Shown piece by piece: positions 13,268 to 27,831 of a stretch of 64,000 nt of DNA. Numbering within the stretch: position 1 is the stretch's first letter; each line of letters starts with the position of its first letter. The stretch spans positions 4,340,001 through 4,404,000 of the forward strand of contig NC_043010.1 in NCBI RefSeq assembly GCF_006345805.1. Direction: 5' to 3'. The notes beneath the pieces are model-generated. The model saw only the letters and a program-made list of their open reading frames with translations. It made no database searches and was not told the DNA's origin. The DNA comes from Octopus sinensis. Taxonomy: Eukaryota. The position numbers and the translations under genes are program-made.

Positions 13268-13855
13268 TTTTATTCTTTTACTTGATTCAGTCATTTGACT
13301 GCAGCCATGCTGGAGCACCACCTTTAGTTGAACAAATCGACCCCAGGACTTATCCTTTGTAAGCCTAGTACTTACTCTATCAGTCTCTTTTGCCAAACCA
13401 CAAAGTTATGGGGATATAAACACACCAACATCAGTTGTCAAGCAATGGTGTGGGGACAAACACAGACACACAAATATATACATATATATGTATATATATA
13501 TATATAAAGTTAATCTAAACAAGAAAACAGAGAAAAAACACAGCAACGCGAGGACGTGGAACAATTAAAGTATTATTTGACACTCAGGAAAGAAGGGAAA
13601 AAGTTAATCCAAATATGAAAACACAAAGAGAAAACGCAACAACGCGAGGATGTGGAACAAGTATAGTATTATTGGACGCTCAGGAAAGAAGGAAGACAGG
13701 CTTCTTTCAATTTCTGTCAACCAAATCCACTCACAAGGCTTTGATCAGCCTGAGACTACAGTAGAAGACACTTGGCCAAGGTGCCATGCAGTGGGTCTGA
13801 ACCTGGAACCACGTGGTTGGGAAGCAAGCTTCTTACCACATACCCATGCCAATGC
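13268..13855 (-). mobile_element. Family-A SINE interrupted by a nested tandem repeat
   Basis: Tail half at 13268-13500 and head half at 13695-13855. Confidence 0.85.
13507..13695. mobile_element. Two tandem ~94-bp units inserted in the SINE microsatellite, possibly a Penelope-like terminal fragment
   Basis: AAGTTAAT(C)...CAACGCGAGGA(C/T)GTGGAACAA...CTCAGGAAAGAAGG at 13507 and 13601. The family assignment is an inference. Confidence 0.6.
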
Positions 13856-14899
13856 CTACATGTATGGATTCTTTTTACAAGATCAGTTTAATCAATTTGG
13901 TCCTTTATGCAAAGTCCCTAGTGACATTGTTACCTCACAATACACATTAATGTTGTTAGTTACAGTAAGATCCTTAATGTGATTCATACAGACTTGGTAT
14001 ATATTCTACTGCCAAAATACAGCTGTATATCTTCCTTTGAAATTTTACATTTCAAATCAAACTGTCTGTAAGCAACACCACTAAGCAAGCAATGAAGTAC
14101 ATAGTGTCAAATAGACTTGTGTACATACACAAATACACATGCAAAATATAGAGTATCTGAAATATTTTAATCCAATACAGCACAGAAAAGGCAACATTTT
14201 CTATCATGCTACTAAAGTTAAGTACAGTCAATTAAGTGTGGAAACTAAATGTGTTAAATTTAGAAACTTATATGATAAACTGGTAAATGTTCACAACTAA
14301 TTTAGTTACTTTGGAAGAAGTGCAATTAATCTAATAAAGGAGTTTAGAATTAGACAGAGTATTTGCCTATAAAATATGACTAAAGCCTGTAATGAACTTT
14401 ATAAACATAATTGGAGAAAACTGAGTCAAACACGCCCACAAAATTCGTTTCATTAAGCTTAATTTTTTTTATCAAATACAATTCATGCTTCAACTGGGTT
14501 GACACGAGAATCAGATCATTATATTTTGAAGTTAATTCTCCAAGAAATTAAGACATTGTTGAATTCATAAGGAACAGAAGCCAACTAAGGGAAAGTCCTT
14601 GATTTTCGGATTCTTTTATGTGGCAGTCAGTGATGTGACTTCTGGTATTCTGGGTTCTTTGTTCTATGACAATTGCTCTTCTTCTAAGGTAAATACTTGT
14701 ATGCCGAAGGTGCTGCTGTACTCTGTCTCCAAATGTAGGAGTTAATGTTTCATCTGGCAGAGAAGCAGCTCTATAGATGTTTCAACTCTTTCCACCATGA
14801 TACCAGAACTGCCTGGGGCCACCAGTTGCAACAAAACTCTCACATAACAGCATGAGCTTTGTTGAGACAGAGGTTGCAACTCTTGGCCAGCTGTTCCTA

Positions 14900-15090
14900 C
14901 CATTTTCAGTGTCTGTTCTTGCCACATCACTCATCGTTTCCCTCGAGCCATGTGTTTTGGCTTGCTTTCCCAGCAGCTTTTGATAACCTTCTGGTCACCT
15001 CTTATTCCTCCTTTACAGCTAGTCCAAGACTCTTGGTAACAAGTGAACCTCGAAGTCAATGTGGCTGGGAAATAGATCTTTCAAGCTAAA
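14900..15090 (-). mobile_element. Degenerate R2-group (Hero/NeSL-like) LINE C-terminal fragment
   Basis: Manual translation LRGSLVTKSLGLAVKEE*EVTRRLSKAAGKASQNTWLE resembles the ...LSEAAEKASxWLW C-terminus of restriction-like-endonuclease LINEs. Confidence 0.4.
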
Positions 15091-15324
15091 GTGACCAATG
15101 CAAGATATCATTGGTGGTTTTTGTGGGGACGTTTTCTTATACTATTTTTAGGGTATGGGTTAAATGAAGTTTTCTTTGGATAATGGTAATAAAATATTTA
15201 TCAAAATAAAAATTGCTCTTCTCCCAGAAAAATCAACAAAAAAACCACTGCAAAGAAATACTAAGTGTGTCTGATAGAATGGTTGTATTTATTCTTCTCT
15301 GTTTTTATATTTAAGATGTTAATT

Positions 15325-15535
15325 AAGGTGATGATCTGACAGAGCCATTGGTGCATCAGACAAAATACTTAACATCATTTCTTCCTGCTGTTTGTGGAGT
15401 TCAAATTCTTCTGAGGTTGATTTTGGTTTTTTGTCCTTTTGGAGTTGATAAAATAAGTACCAGTTGAGTACTGGGGTCGATGTAATTAAATAACTCCATC
15501 TCTTGAAATTCTTCGCTTTATGCCAAATTCGTGAA
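15325..15535 (+). mobile_element. Diverged Nin-domain-type SINE
   Basis: GAGTTCAAATT...GATAAAATAAGTACCAGTTGAGTACTGGGGTCGATG. Confidence 0.7.
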
Positions 15536-15849
15536 ATTAGTCCCTAATATTTTTTCAAAGCATATTTGATTCCTGTCATGATTTATGATGTTGAGGGATC
15601 TCTCAGGTTTTGCTGTAGATTTTGTGTTGCCTTTTTCAGGATGGGAATGAAATTTCAGATTCCTTGAATGAGAAGAAATAAAAATTTCCTATTGATTATT
15701 GTAAATATGGATCAATAATTTTGGATAAGAATCAAATTTAGTTAATTAAAATTACAATTTATTGACTATCATACATATGATCTTATATGATGTATAAATA
15801 ACCTTAATTAAAATAGAGAATAAAGTTTTTCAAAACTTCATTTATTATT

Positions 15850-16115
15850 TTTATCTTTTACTTGTTTCAGTTGTTGGACTGTAACCGTACTGGGGCATCA
15901 TCATGAAGGGTTGTCAAAGATGGTAGCGACAGATGCAAATACACACGCAAACACACGCACACACACACACACACACACAGAGGTTTTCACTGTTTCTGTC
16001 TAACAAAGTCATTGGTTGGTGCAGAGTTAGGGCATTGGTCGGTGCTTATGTAGTGCAATGAAACTGAACCCCAAACTATATGGTTGCAAACCAAGCTTCT
16101 TAACCACCCGGCTAT
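15850..16115 (-). mobile_element. Diverged family-A-like SINE
   Basis: CTTTTACTTGTTTCAG tail and CAAGCTTCTTAACCAC head in reverse orientation. Confidence 0.6.
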
Positions 16116-16496
16116 GCTTGTGGTTTTACAAACTTGATAGATAAAAGAAATTATGAAAATTTGTGGAAAAAAGAAAATGTTTTATTTGTACATTATAATG
16201 TTGGGTCTGTTTTACTTGTTGCATGAAGTGTGTTGTGGCTAAGCTGAGATTTAAAAGTTCTGAAAAGAAAATAGGAAAAATGATTTGGTTACTTGAGAAG
16301 ATTGTTTGATTTTAATGAGCCAATGAAGGAGCTTCTACATGGTCAGTTGATTTAGCGGCTCCATTCAAGTTTGACCATGCCTCTGGCTGTGTATATTCAG
16401 AGGCTTGGGCTAGATTTTGCCACCATTGGCTCAGTGAACTTATTTGACATCGGATGTTTTAATGTCTCTCTCTCTCTCAGTGTTTATGTGTGTAAG

Positions 16497-16563
16497 GTGT
16501 AGGTGTGGCTGTGTGGTAAGAAGCTTACTTCCCAACCACATGATTCCGGGTTCAGTCCCACAA
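16497..16563 (+). mobile_element. Isolated family-A SINE tRNA head
   Basis: GGTGTGGCTGTGTGGTAAGAAGCTTACTTCCCAACCAC...GGGTTCAGTCCCAC. Confidence 0.75.
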
Positions 16564-17534
16564 TATGAATGAGGAGAGGGAAAATATGCATGTCAGTTAT
16601 GTTCAATTAATAAATTGTAAGGCTTCTGTCTGTCTGTCCGTCTATCTATCTATCTATTTATCTATTTTTTTGTGTATGAGTTTATCTCTGTGCTTGTGCA
16701 CACATGTGTATTTGCCTCCAACCCTTAAAATTACTGTCACCAAAAAGAAATTCAGTGCCCAGTTGGCTGTACCATATCACCAACATTCAAACAGCTGCTC
16801 TCAGTTGTCATATTCTGCTGCTCAATTTGAAAACCAAATTTATATGCTAACAATCATAGACCTAACACTATCCACAAGACCACACGACTTCACTAAACCA
16901 GTTATATATTGTTTACAGTTCAAACAATAACACTTCTTCCTCTCAATATCCCACTTCATGTCTTGTCAAATGAACTCTAGATATTAGAAACATAATTCAT
17001 AGTGAGTTTCCGGAGATGCATTAGTTGGGGGAAAAAAAAAAAATAGGCCAGTTGTGAAGTGTGGTTGCATTAAACAAAGTATTTAAAGCAGAAGTGAGGG
17101 TAGGTAAGGATTGTACAATTTAGGAACACAATTTATTGTCAGAGTACCTGGCAAATTAGTTTTCTGGAACTTTCAGGAAGAAAGATTTTGTGGAATGGCA
17201 TGGGATTATTTATGTTTGTGTCACATAAGAATTATAAAATGCCACAGTGCCATACTTAGTTAACCATCTCCGTGTAAGTCTAGGTGCAGTAGCTTTGCTT
17301 TTATTACAACATTCCATTGAAGAAGATTACTCTGGCATGATGCTGGATAGAAGATTAGCAGCTGATCTAGCTAGATAAGGATTACTATGGAATAATGCGG
17401 AACAGAAGATTAGCAACGGATCTACTGAGGTAGAAACCATATTTACTACCATTAGCAAAAGCAAGATATTTCAAAGTAAGATAAAAGTCGACAGTCTATT
17501 ATCCTATATGCACAATATATCCAACCATACTTAT

Positions 17535-18113
17535 ATATGCATGTGAATCTGTATGCATGTGTGTGTGTGTGTGTATCTGTGTGTATGTGTGTGTGCACGC
17601 ACATGTGTGTGTGTGTGTGTGTGTGTGAGGATGTAATGTCAGAGTTATTCTTTCATCTACGTAGACTCATCAATGTGTGCATGTGTATGTGTGTTTGTGC
17701 ATGCATGTGTGTGTGTATGTTGATATGTATTTATGCGTGTGTTGATATGTATTTGCATGTGTGTGTGTGTGTGTGTAGGGGTTGTGGGGCGGTGGTGGTG
17801 GTGGTTGTGGGGGGTGCACCACGCTTGTGTATGAAAATTGCAATATACAGGCACATGCATATGCACATTTATCCCCTTCCACATAAAGAATTATAAACTC
17901 CTATATATATGCTTATGCATACAGATACGAGCATAATTCTTTGTGTGCAACTAAATTATATTTGGATAAATGTATACTATGCATGTGCATTATATATATA
18001 TATATATGCACCAACAGATATGTGTATGCCTGTCAGTACACTCACTGCGTATATATATATTATATATATAATATATATATATTTATTTATGTATATATAT
18101 ATATATATATATT

Positions 18114-18148
<35 letters not shown>

Positions 18149-18249
18149 GTATGTATATATATAATATATATATATATTTATGTATGTATATATATATATA
18201 TGTATATATATATATTCATGTATGTATATATATATATATATATATTATG

Positions 18250-18291
<42 letters not shown>

Positions 18292-18524
18292 GTATATATA
18301 TATGTATATATTTATGTATATATATATATGTCTTTGACTGCATATATGAGTACATGTATATGTGCACACGATATATGTCTGTATGTATATGGGGACGCAT
18401 GTGTGTATATGAATATATATATATATATATATATATGTGTGTCTGTATATATCAATACAATGAACATGTGTACGCATGTTAATGAATACACATAAACAAA
18501 CATCTATTATTATTATTATTATTA

Positions 18525-18575
<51 letters not shown>

Positions 18576-18580
18576 GGTTG
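17535..18580. repeat. Compound (TG)n/(TA)n microsatellites ending in (TAT)n at 18505-18575
   Basis: Directly visible. Confidence 0.95.
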
Positions 18581-18985
18581 TGTAATGTATTCATGCATTA
18601 TACATTTCTGTAAACATTCTCTAAATTTTATTTATTTACATTTTTTGTCAAACCTTTTTAGTTCTACATTATAATATTTTGTTTTGAACTAAGAATGATA
18701 AAAGTAGATTTGCTACCAGCTTTCAAGATCCTAAATATAACTTTTAGAGTTTAGAATTAAAGCTCATTTAAGAACTGTACTTCAGTATGTTTTCTGCAGC
18801 TGGATGCCCTTACCTAACTGTAGAAACTATGCCAAAGCCGACATTGGTGCTTAACATTGTCCTGCAGCTCATTAGAACCTTGGCATTAGGAAGAGCTTCC
18901 ATGGCAGCATGGATCAATGATGATGAGGAGTTGAAGGACCAGTGACAAATGGTGATTATTGTTACAGGGTATGCACTATATTACT

Positions 18986-19217
18986 TATTTCTTTACTACC
19001 CACAAGGGGCTAAACACAGAGAGGACAAACAAGGACAGACAAACGGATTAAGTCGATTATATTGGCCCCAGTGCGTAACTGGTACTTATTTAATCGACCC
19101 CGAAAGGATGAAAGGCAAAGTTGACCCCGGTGGAATTTGAACTCAGAACGTAATGGCAGACGAAATACGGCTACGCATTTCGCCCGGTGTGCTAAAGTTT
19201 CTGCCAGCTCGCCGCCT
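18986..19217 (-). mobile_element. Nin-domain-type SINE with a perfect 16-bp TSD
   Basis: TATGCACTATATTACT at 18970-18985 and 19218-19233. Confidence 0.92.
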
Positions 19218-19519
19218 TATGCACTATATTACTGCTGTACTGAATCTGCTTCTCTGATATAAGTCTATCCATCCATCTTCACCACTCACTACTCCTGAGA
19301 GGATCATAGGGTAGAGTTCTCAGGCACCACCTCTATAGGGTATAGTTTCTGCAGATGGAAGCCTTTCCTAATGCCAACCACTTTATAGAGTGTACTGAGT
19401 GCATTTCATAATAGCAGCCATACTAGGGAAATTATCATGTCTTCATCAGGACACTCTCTTGACCCAACATTGATTGTTTGCTCTGATTTGTCAATCATTT
19501 TACAGAGAGCAATGTATAT

Positions 19520-19928
19520 ACTCTTTACTCTTTTACTTGTTTCAGTCATTTGACTGTGGCCATGCTGGAGCACCGCCTTTAGTCGAGCAAATCGACCCCG
19601 GGACTTATTCTTTGTAAGCCCAGTACTTATTCTATCGGTCTCTTTTGCCGAACCGCTAGGTGATGGGGACGTAAACACACCAGCATCGGTTCTCAAGCAA
19701 TGCTAGGGGGACAAACACAGACACACAAACACACACACACGCATATATATATATATATATACATATATACGATGGGCTTCTTTCAGTTTCCATCAACCAA
19801 ATCCACTCACAAAGCATTGGTCAGCCCGAGACTATAGCAGAAGACACTTGCCCAAGATGCCACGCAGTGGGACTGAACCTGGAACCATGTGGCTGGTTAG
19901 CAAGCTACTTACCACACAGCCACTCCTT
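19520..19928 (-). mobile_element. Family-A SINE, full length
   Basis: Reverse complement of the 10090-10506 copy. Confidence 0.92.
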
Positions 19929-20454
19929 ACTTTTAGATTTCTGAATATGAAATAGAAGTGACATTCCACTTTAAGTAACTTCTAATTAAAAACCAAAGCC
20001 TAGAATATAGCAGTATAAAGAAAGTAAAATAGTTCAACAAACATTCAAATTTTACTGAATAGCAATCTTTATCATTTATGCCATCTTTTTTTTTTAATTA
20101 AATATTTTCAACAAACCTTTGATTAATCCAAACTCCAATTACTTTTAACTATCCTATTCCTATATAAATTCAATATATCCATAGGTTGAGTTTGAACACA
20201 AAACTTTCATGTGTCATACAGAACTATGGCATTTTTAAACATTGTACTATTATTCTATAAGAGAAATACCAGACAATTTTAAGATATATTTTAACTTGCT
20301 TCAGTCATAACTTCTTTTTATGAAAATGTTGGGTGAAAAATGAACTGCAAAACTGAAGTAAAATCATTAGTCACAAATGCACATTTATGAAATGCTCACC
20401 TATAGGTTACAATTAAGTTCATATAAATGTTTGTAGAACATTATAATGTAGAAC

Positions 20455-21063
<609 letters not shown>

Positions 21064-21432
21064 ACCAGTTTTTTCTTTTACCCATATTAACATGGGTTAG
21101 GTAGATCACCTATATAGGTAATTCTTGGTTGCATGATATAATTTGTTAATTATTGCCCATTGATCAAGGACTCATTAAGAGGAAGAAAAGAGATAAAAAT
21201 TAATTGCAAAGTAAAGCAATCTTAGATGACTCACTAATGTTTATTTGCTGATAACAGAATGGCACAATGGATTGAAGCAAATATGATGGTACCAGGCAAG
21301 GAAAACTAGGGGTTGCTGACTCTTACCAACACTATTTAGCTTCCAGGTGTATTCATCCACTTGCTTGCGGGGAAGTCATTCTGCTATAATTTCTCATCAA
21401 GTTATAAACTTGTAAATCATAAACTCCAAAAG

Positions 21433-21816
21433 TGGTGGAAGCACTCCGTCGGTTACGACGATGAGGGTTCCGGTTGATCCGAATCAACAGAACAGCCTGC
21501 TCATGAAATTAACGTGTAAGTGGCTGAGCACTCCACAGACACGTGCACCCTTAACGTAGTTCTCGGGGATATTCAGCGTGACACAGAGAGTGACAAGGCC
21601 GGCCCCTTGAAATACAGGTACAACAGAAACAGGAAGTAAGAGTGAGAGAAAGTTGTGGTGAAAGAGTACATCCCCACCATCCCCTGCCGGAGCCTCGTGG
21701 AGCTTTTAGGTGTTTTCGCTCAATAAACACTCACAACGCCCAGTCTGGGAATCAAAACCGCGATCCTATGACCGCGAGTCCGCTGCCCTAACCACTGGGC
21801 CATTGCGCCTCCACAC
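21433..21816 (-). mobile_element. Family-C tRNA-derived SINE, full length, with an 11-bp TSD
   Basis: Head GTGGAGGCGCAATGGCCCAGTGGTTAGGGCAGCGGACTCGCGG; TSD ACTCCAAAAGT at 21422-21432 and 21817-21827. Confidence 0.9.
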
Positions 21817-22414
21817 ACTCCAAAAGTAAGTACTGTGTGTATAGCACTTCTCAAATCCTTTTGATTTTATCATAGCTTTTCTGTGTGGCAAAATGTTTTT
21901 GGGATTACATCTCTTCAGTTTGCTTCTGTTGAGGTCATAATGCACCTTCAATTTACATGTTTCACTTAACCTGCATCATTTAAATATATTACACATCTAT
22001 AACTATGCAGTCAGGTCTTCTGTATACATTGTATAATGTCTTTGAATACAAATTGCTTTCTTTGTAAACTATTTCATATTCAATAGACCATATGCAATTT
22101 ATTTCTCCCTCATCACTGGAGATCTACTGCATTCATGGCTCACGCTTCCTTATCAAATAGAATTAAACACGTTACATATGCTTCACATATCCTCTGTTCT
22201 GTATAAAGGGAGAAATCCTTCGTTACAAGTAGAAATATTGGTTCTTCAAATTCCTTTTCCTTGCTCTCAGCCCTGAATCATTTTATTTCCACTTTGAAAT
22301 ATGTCACATAAGTAACATGATCTCCTATTTACTATTATTAGCCAGCTGGTCTAAGCAACTTAATAGTTTTCAGTACAGTTCATAGTTAGGCTAAGACTAA
22401 AGCAACTTATATAT

Positions 22415-22638
22415 ATATTTCTTTACTGCCCACAAGGGGCTAAACATAGAGGGGACAAACAAGGACAGACAAAGGGAGTAAGTCAATTACATTGACCCCA
22501 GTGCGAAACTGGTACTTTATTTATCGACCCTGAAAGGATGAAAGGTAAAGTCGACCTCGGCGGAATTTGAACTCAGAACATAGCGACAGACGAAATACCG
22601 CTAAGCACTTCGCCCGGCACGCTAACATTTCTGCCAGC
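22415..22638 (-). mobile_element. Nin-domain-type SINE
   Basis: Reverse complement of the 10821-11053 copy. Confidence 0.88.
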
Positions 22639-22731
22639 AGAGAAAGCAGCTCCCAAACAGAATAAGTTGTTGAAACATCATATTTATCCCTGAGCTACAA
22701 AAGAAGATGTAGCAGTTTTTCTTTCTGTCCA

Positions 22732-22968
22732 TCTTCAACAATTAAATTGAATTTAGTTTCTACATGGTGGAGCTATGTATAAAAGTGAAAAGTGAAAATA
22801 CAGAAAGAAAGCCTTTTTTTATTTATTTATTTACACTCTTCCAAAAGTGTAGATATGATTGAAGCAGATCTTAAATAAATAACACAAGACCTTGTTCTCA
22901 TGCTTCTAAGGCAATTAATACTTTATCTACTAAATTGGAACAAGAGACTTTAGAAATCTACCTGCATA
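22732..22968 (+). repeat. Left arm of a long inverted duplication (partner 25545-25760)
   Basis: 22890-22968 is a 79-bp exact reverse complement of the right arm. Confidence 0.95.
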
Positions 22969-23467
22969 CACACACACACACACACACACCACACACACAC
23001 ACACACAAAAGAATCCATACCTTACAAAGATTACTCAGACATACACATGCATCTTTTGTCAAGGAGTGTTTCCAATGCATTTATTCACTGATCACTTCCT
23101 GTGCATATTCAGTGTTCTGTTCATGAAGTTTTGCTTACTTTTTCTGATGAGCTGCAGTGCACCTGAGCACTCTTTTACTATAAATTCATTATTTCTATCA
23201 TAAAATTAAATATAACTTCTAGCAAACATGACTTATTTATTATTTATCATCAAGCCTTCACTTAATTACAGCTGATTCTCTTCATGTCTCTAGTTCATCT
23301 TAAAAAAGCAATGTCTATTTTCTAAGGAATCCAATGGGATTTTTTTACACTCATTGTTTTGCACTCATAACAAAGTAACTATTGAATATATTGTATTTAG
23401 TTGATATTGCTTTGCCCCCATATCAACTGCAATTGAATATATCTATGATTAAATGCTTTCCAGCTAT

Positions 23468-23878
23468 GACTCTTTTACTCTTTTACTTGTTTCAGTCATT
23501 TGACTGCGGCCATGCTGGAGCACCGCATTTAGTCGAGCAAATCAACCCCAGGACTTATTCTTTGTAAGCCCAGTACTTATTCTATCAGTCTCTTTTGCCG
23601 AACCGCTAAGTAACGGGGACGTAAACACACCAGCATCGGTTGTCAAGCAATGCTAGGGGGGACAAACACAGACACACAAACATACACACACATATATATA
23701 TACATACATATATACGACGGGCTTCTTTCAGTTTCCGTCTACCAAATCCACTCACAAGGCTTTGGTTGGCCCGAGGCTATAGCAGAAGACACTTGCCCAA
23801 GATGCCACGCAGTGGGACTGAACCCACAACCATGTGGTTGGTAAGTAAGCTACTTACCACACAGCCACTCCTGCACCT
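23468..23878 (-). mobile_element. Family-A SINE, full length
   Basis: Matches the other family-A copies end to end. Confidence 0.92.
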
Positions 23879-23965
23879 ATTTCATCTTTTCATTTTTTTC
23901 ATCTGACTGTTTCATCTTTTTGCATACCTGTGCCTACATTAACCACTTTATCCTTTTTCTCTTAA

Positions 23966-24184
23966 CCCTTTCGTTACTGCATTTATTTTGGGATGCTCTG
24001 TGTTTCTTCTAATTATTTTAAATATAAAAAAGAATTTAGTAAAATATCTTCATTATCATTCAGCTAGTGTTAGGAACATAAATTGTGACTAAGGTTTGGT
24101 GGAAGATTTGAATTCAAAACTTATGTAAACAAGACATTTAAACTAAAGAGCCAGCCAGTCTCAGCTGGGTTGGTAATGAAAGGG
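23966..24184. mobile_element. piggyBac-like MITE, family P1
   Basis: TTAA|CCCTTTCGTTAC...GTAATGAAAGGG|TTAA; second copy at 42308-42527. Confidence 0.85.
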
Positions 24185-24459
24185 TTAAGGCAGTAATGTG
24201 TAATTTGAAGGTGATTTGGTTGTAATTTCCAGCCAGTCAAGCAACTGCAGTGAGGATCCCTCACTTTCAGCTGCCAGTGTATTTTTTTATTATTATCATG
24301 TTACATCTCCCTCACCGTTCCCTTATGAACCAAATATTCCACCCCTTCAGTTTGTTTCTTTTAAATGCTTTACATATTTCTGAAAAATGGGTTTCACTCT
24401 TAAACATTACATTTGAATTACATTTGAAATTGAAAAAAAAAAGAATGTCAAATATAAAA

Positions 24460-24780
24460 AGCATGGCTGTGTGGTTAAGAGGCTCACTTTGCAATAACAT
24501 AGTTTTGGGTTCGGTCCCACTATGTGACACCTTGGGCACTGGCATAGCTGGGGTGGATGTGGGGGGTAAGGACAGCACTTTTGGGTCTGCTGTAGGCAAT
24601 ATGTGTTTTTTGTGGGGTCCTGGGTGGCAAACAGAAGGGCTGCCCTGGACGGCACACACTCTAGCTAATGCTAGTGACCTTGTGCGTCTTCTTCTAGAAT
24701 CTCAGGCCAACCAATAACCTGTGAGTGAATTTGGTAGACAAAAAACTGTGTGGAAGTCCATTGTATATATTTGTGTGTGT
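24460..24780 (+). mobile_element. Diverged family-A SINE 5' half, split by a hAT MITE
   Basis: Head ends ...ACCTTGGG and resumes GTCTTCTTCTAG...TGAATTTGGTAGAC. Confidence 0.75.
24537..24676. mobile_element. 140-bp hAT-type MITE
   Basis: TIRs CACTGGCATAGCT / AGCTAATGCTAGTG; 8-bp TSD ACCTTGGG / ACCTTGTG. Confidence 0.8.
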
Positions 24781-25544
24781 GAGCCTCTGTGAGAAATTTG
24801 CATTTTGGATCAATACTGCATTCAGGCCTGAAAAGTGAGGAAGAGCCCTCTCAAAATCTGTTTCTGTTTTTTTATTCTTTCCTTCTGGAAAGGTACCTGG
24901 CCAGTACTTCCTTGCTTCTCTGTGTTCAAAGCTAAATAACTAGATGAATTCCACTTTTATAGACTTAAAGACAATATAAAGCTATATTTTGTCATCATAA
25001 AAGATAAATATTGTGATTCTTTATATGTTAGATTTCTTAAAATGATCTCTGACTAATAATTAAAGGTTTCCTTTAGTAATTAAAGGTTTCTAGTTGTAGT
25101 GTAGTGTAATGTTATACTCAGCTCACCCCTGAGATTGACAAAGTTTTTCTTATGCTGTGACATTCAGTACAGAAAAGAATAGATAAAGCATAAAATGATG
25201 CCAAAAGAATAAAATACTAAAGAGAATAACTGAAATAAAGGTAAAAAATATATGTAAAAAAATAAAAATCAAAGAAGAGAATCAGGGGATGATATAAGAT
25301 GCAGAGTAAAAAGGAAAGAGAATGAAAGGAAAGCAAGAAGAAGAGAAAAATAATAGAATAGAAGACTGCGAGATGTGTGGCTATGTAGGTATGTGTGATG
25401 AGGTTGAAAAGATGTAAAGAAAGGCTTTGATGAATTCAAGGAGTGTCTATTTAAATACATTGGAAACATTCCTTGACAAAAGATGCATGTGTATATCTAT
25501 GTAATTTTTGTAATGTATGGAATCTTTTAATGTGTGTGTTCATT

Positions 25545-25760
25545 TATGCAGGTAGATTTCTAAAGTCTCTTGTTCCAATTTAGTAGATAAAGTATTAATT
25601 GCCTTAGAAGCATGAGAACAAGGTCTGCTTCAATCATATCTACACTTTTGGAAGAGTGTAAATAAATAAATAAAAAAAAGGCTTTCTTTCTTTTTTTTTC
25701 ACTTTTAACATATACACAGCTCCATCATGTAGAAACTAAATTCAATTTAATTGTTGAAGA
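25545..25760 (-). repeat. Right arm of the inverted duplication (partner 22732-22968)
   Basis: Same sequence inverted, lacking a 21-bp segment (TCTTAAATAAATAACACAAGA). Confidence 0.95.
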
Positions 25761-26109
25761 AAGTAAACATATAACCTTTTTTAACCGAAATTGAAGTCAG
25801 CCATGTCAAACACGCAAAGCCATCAGTTATGGTGTTGAAATATGAGTAAACTGATAACAGTAAGTTTTAAAAATATTTCTATGAAATTTTTTTTTCTCTT
25901 GTGCTTCTTTCTACATAACTTGTCCATAGATGGGTTCTATGCAAATAAAGAAAAATTCAGTTCCAATTGACATTTAAAATTTATGTTATTCATCTGTGTA
26001 ACATAATTTGCTAAAGAAACGCTAAAGGGTTTCAAAATTATCTAGCTGACTTGATCAGCATTTTTGTAGCTAATACTCCAATGGAAACTGTTTAAAGTAC
26101 ACGTACGAA

Positions 26110-26390
26110 TATACAATATTATACATATACATATATATGTATGTATATATGTATAAATATACACATGTATGTATATGTGTGTGTGTATGTATGTATATAT
26201 ATATATATATAAATATATATATATATATGTGTGTGTGTGTATGTGTGTGTGTATACATATGTATATATATATGTGTGTGTACACATATATGATGATGATA
26301 TGTATGTATATATATATAAATATATATATACACATATGTATGTATGTATATATATATATGTGTATGTGTGTACATATATATATAAATACT
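26110..26390. repeat. (TA)/(TG)/(TATG) compound microsatellite
   Basis: Directly visible. Confidence 0.95.
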
Positions 26391-27831
26391 CTTCCCACCA
26401 CATACCATGCCTAATTCATTTTAAAAATTTTCCATGTGGAAATTGCGATTTTGAATATGTTGATAATGGAGGCATCTGATTGGCTAAAATGAGCAAAAAT
26501 GTCAAAGGCTTTTAACTTTTTTGTTATTAATTTTTTCATAATAAATGAATGCAAATTTTGTAGCTAACATGTAAGACTACATTTGCATAAAAAAAAATTT
26601 CAAAACCTAATAAATAAATAAATAAATAAATAAATAATAAACAAGAAGACAAATAGATCGAGCATAGAGAATAAAACCTGAAAGGTACATCTATGTATTT
26701 TAGAGAAAAAGAAATTTATTTAATGACAGAGTGGAGAATGGGAATTTAGTTTTAGTATAGTACAAATTTGTCTTATATTATAAAACACCCCTGAAATGTG
26801 TATAAAATTATCTAAAAGAGAAATTTTATATCTGAATTCATGAAATGAAATATTACAATACAGCTCTCCGATATCAATGTTATAACAACACAGCTACAAT
26901 AAATGTATGCTGTGAAATGAACGTACATTGGAATTGCTTATGCCAACTAAAGCCAATATATCAGGCCTGTCTTGCTCAAAATGTAATAATTCTAGACAGC
27001 AATATTAAACACATGTTATTGAAGAGAACATTATCTGGTTGGACTTAGTTATTGAATTCATATCTCCCCACATTTTGTTTTTTTTGTTTTTATTTTTGAT
27101 AAACTCATTTCAAATAACAGCTGACAACAACATAGAAACATGAGAGGGAGAGAAAGAGAGAGAGAGTGGGGAGAGAGAAAGAGAGAAGTGAAGGAGAAGA
27201 AGCTCAGGCTGTATGTTATATTTTGAAAAGAGATACAATTGTATATCAAATCTCAGTAACATTAACAAGCAGTCACTGCAGTAGCAAAACAGAGCTATAA
27301 ACTAATGATTTATTCACCCTCACAGTTATCGTTTTAACGTCCATTTTTCTCCGGCTGGCATGGGTTGGTCAATAGATTTAGAGTTTATTGAAAGCGTTTT
27401 GGGTGAGTGCTTTTTGGATGAATGCTTTTCTCGGTAACAAAGCAGACTAAGTTCTGTGTTAATTAAGACATCTTCTGCATGACATTTGCTTATTACATTG
27501 AGGTTCCTCTTAATTTCAAGAGAATGGGGTGGGGGTGGGATGATGTAAAGAAAAAGGGAGGGGGAAGAATTCTGTATACAAAATCAATGTTGTTGATAAA
27601 ATATTTCAACTATTGGTATGCCATGAGTCTTGTAATCTACAAAAGTTTATCTTTGAATGTGGGCATGGGGCGGGGGAGTGTGGGGAGGAGGACGGTAGAG
27701 AGGATGTGTATTTATATACTGAATTTCAGAGGTAAAATAAAAAAATAAAAAAATTATAAATTCAAAATCGATTTTGTTGATAAAATATTTCAGCTACTGG
27801 TATGTAACAAGCCTAATAACCTAGCAGAGAA

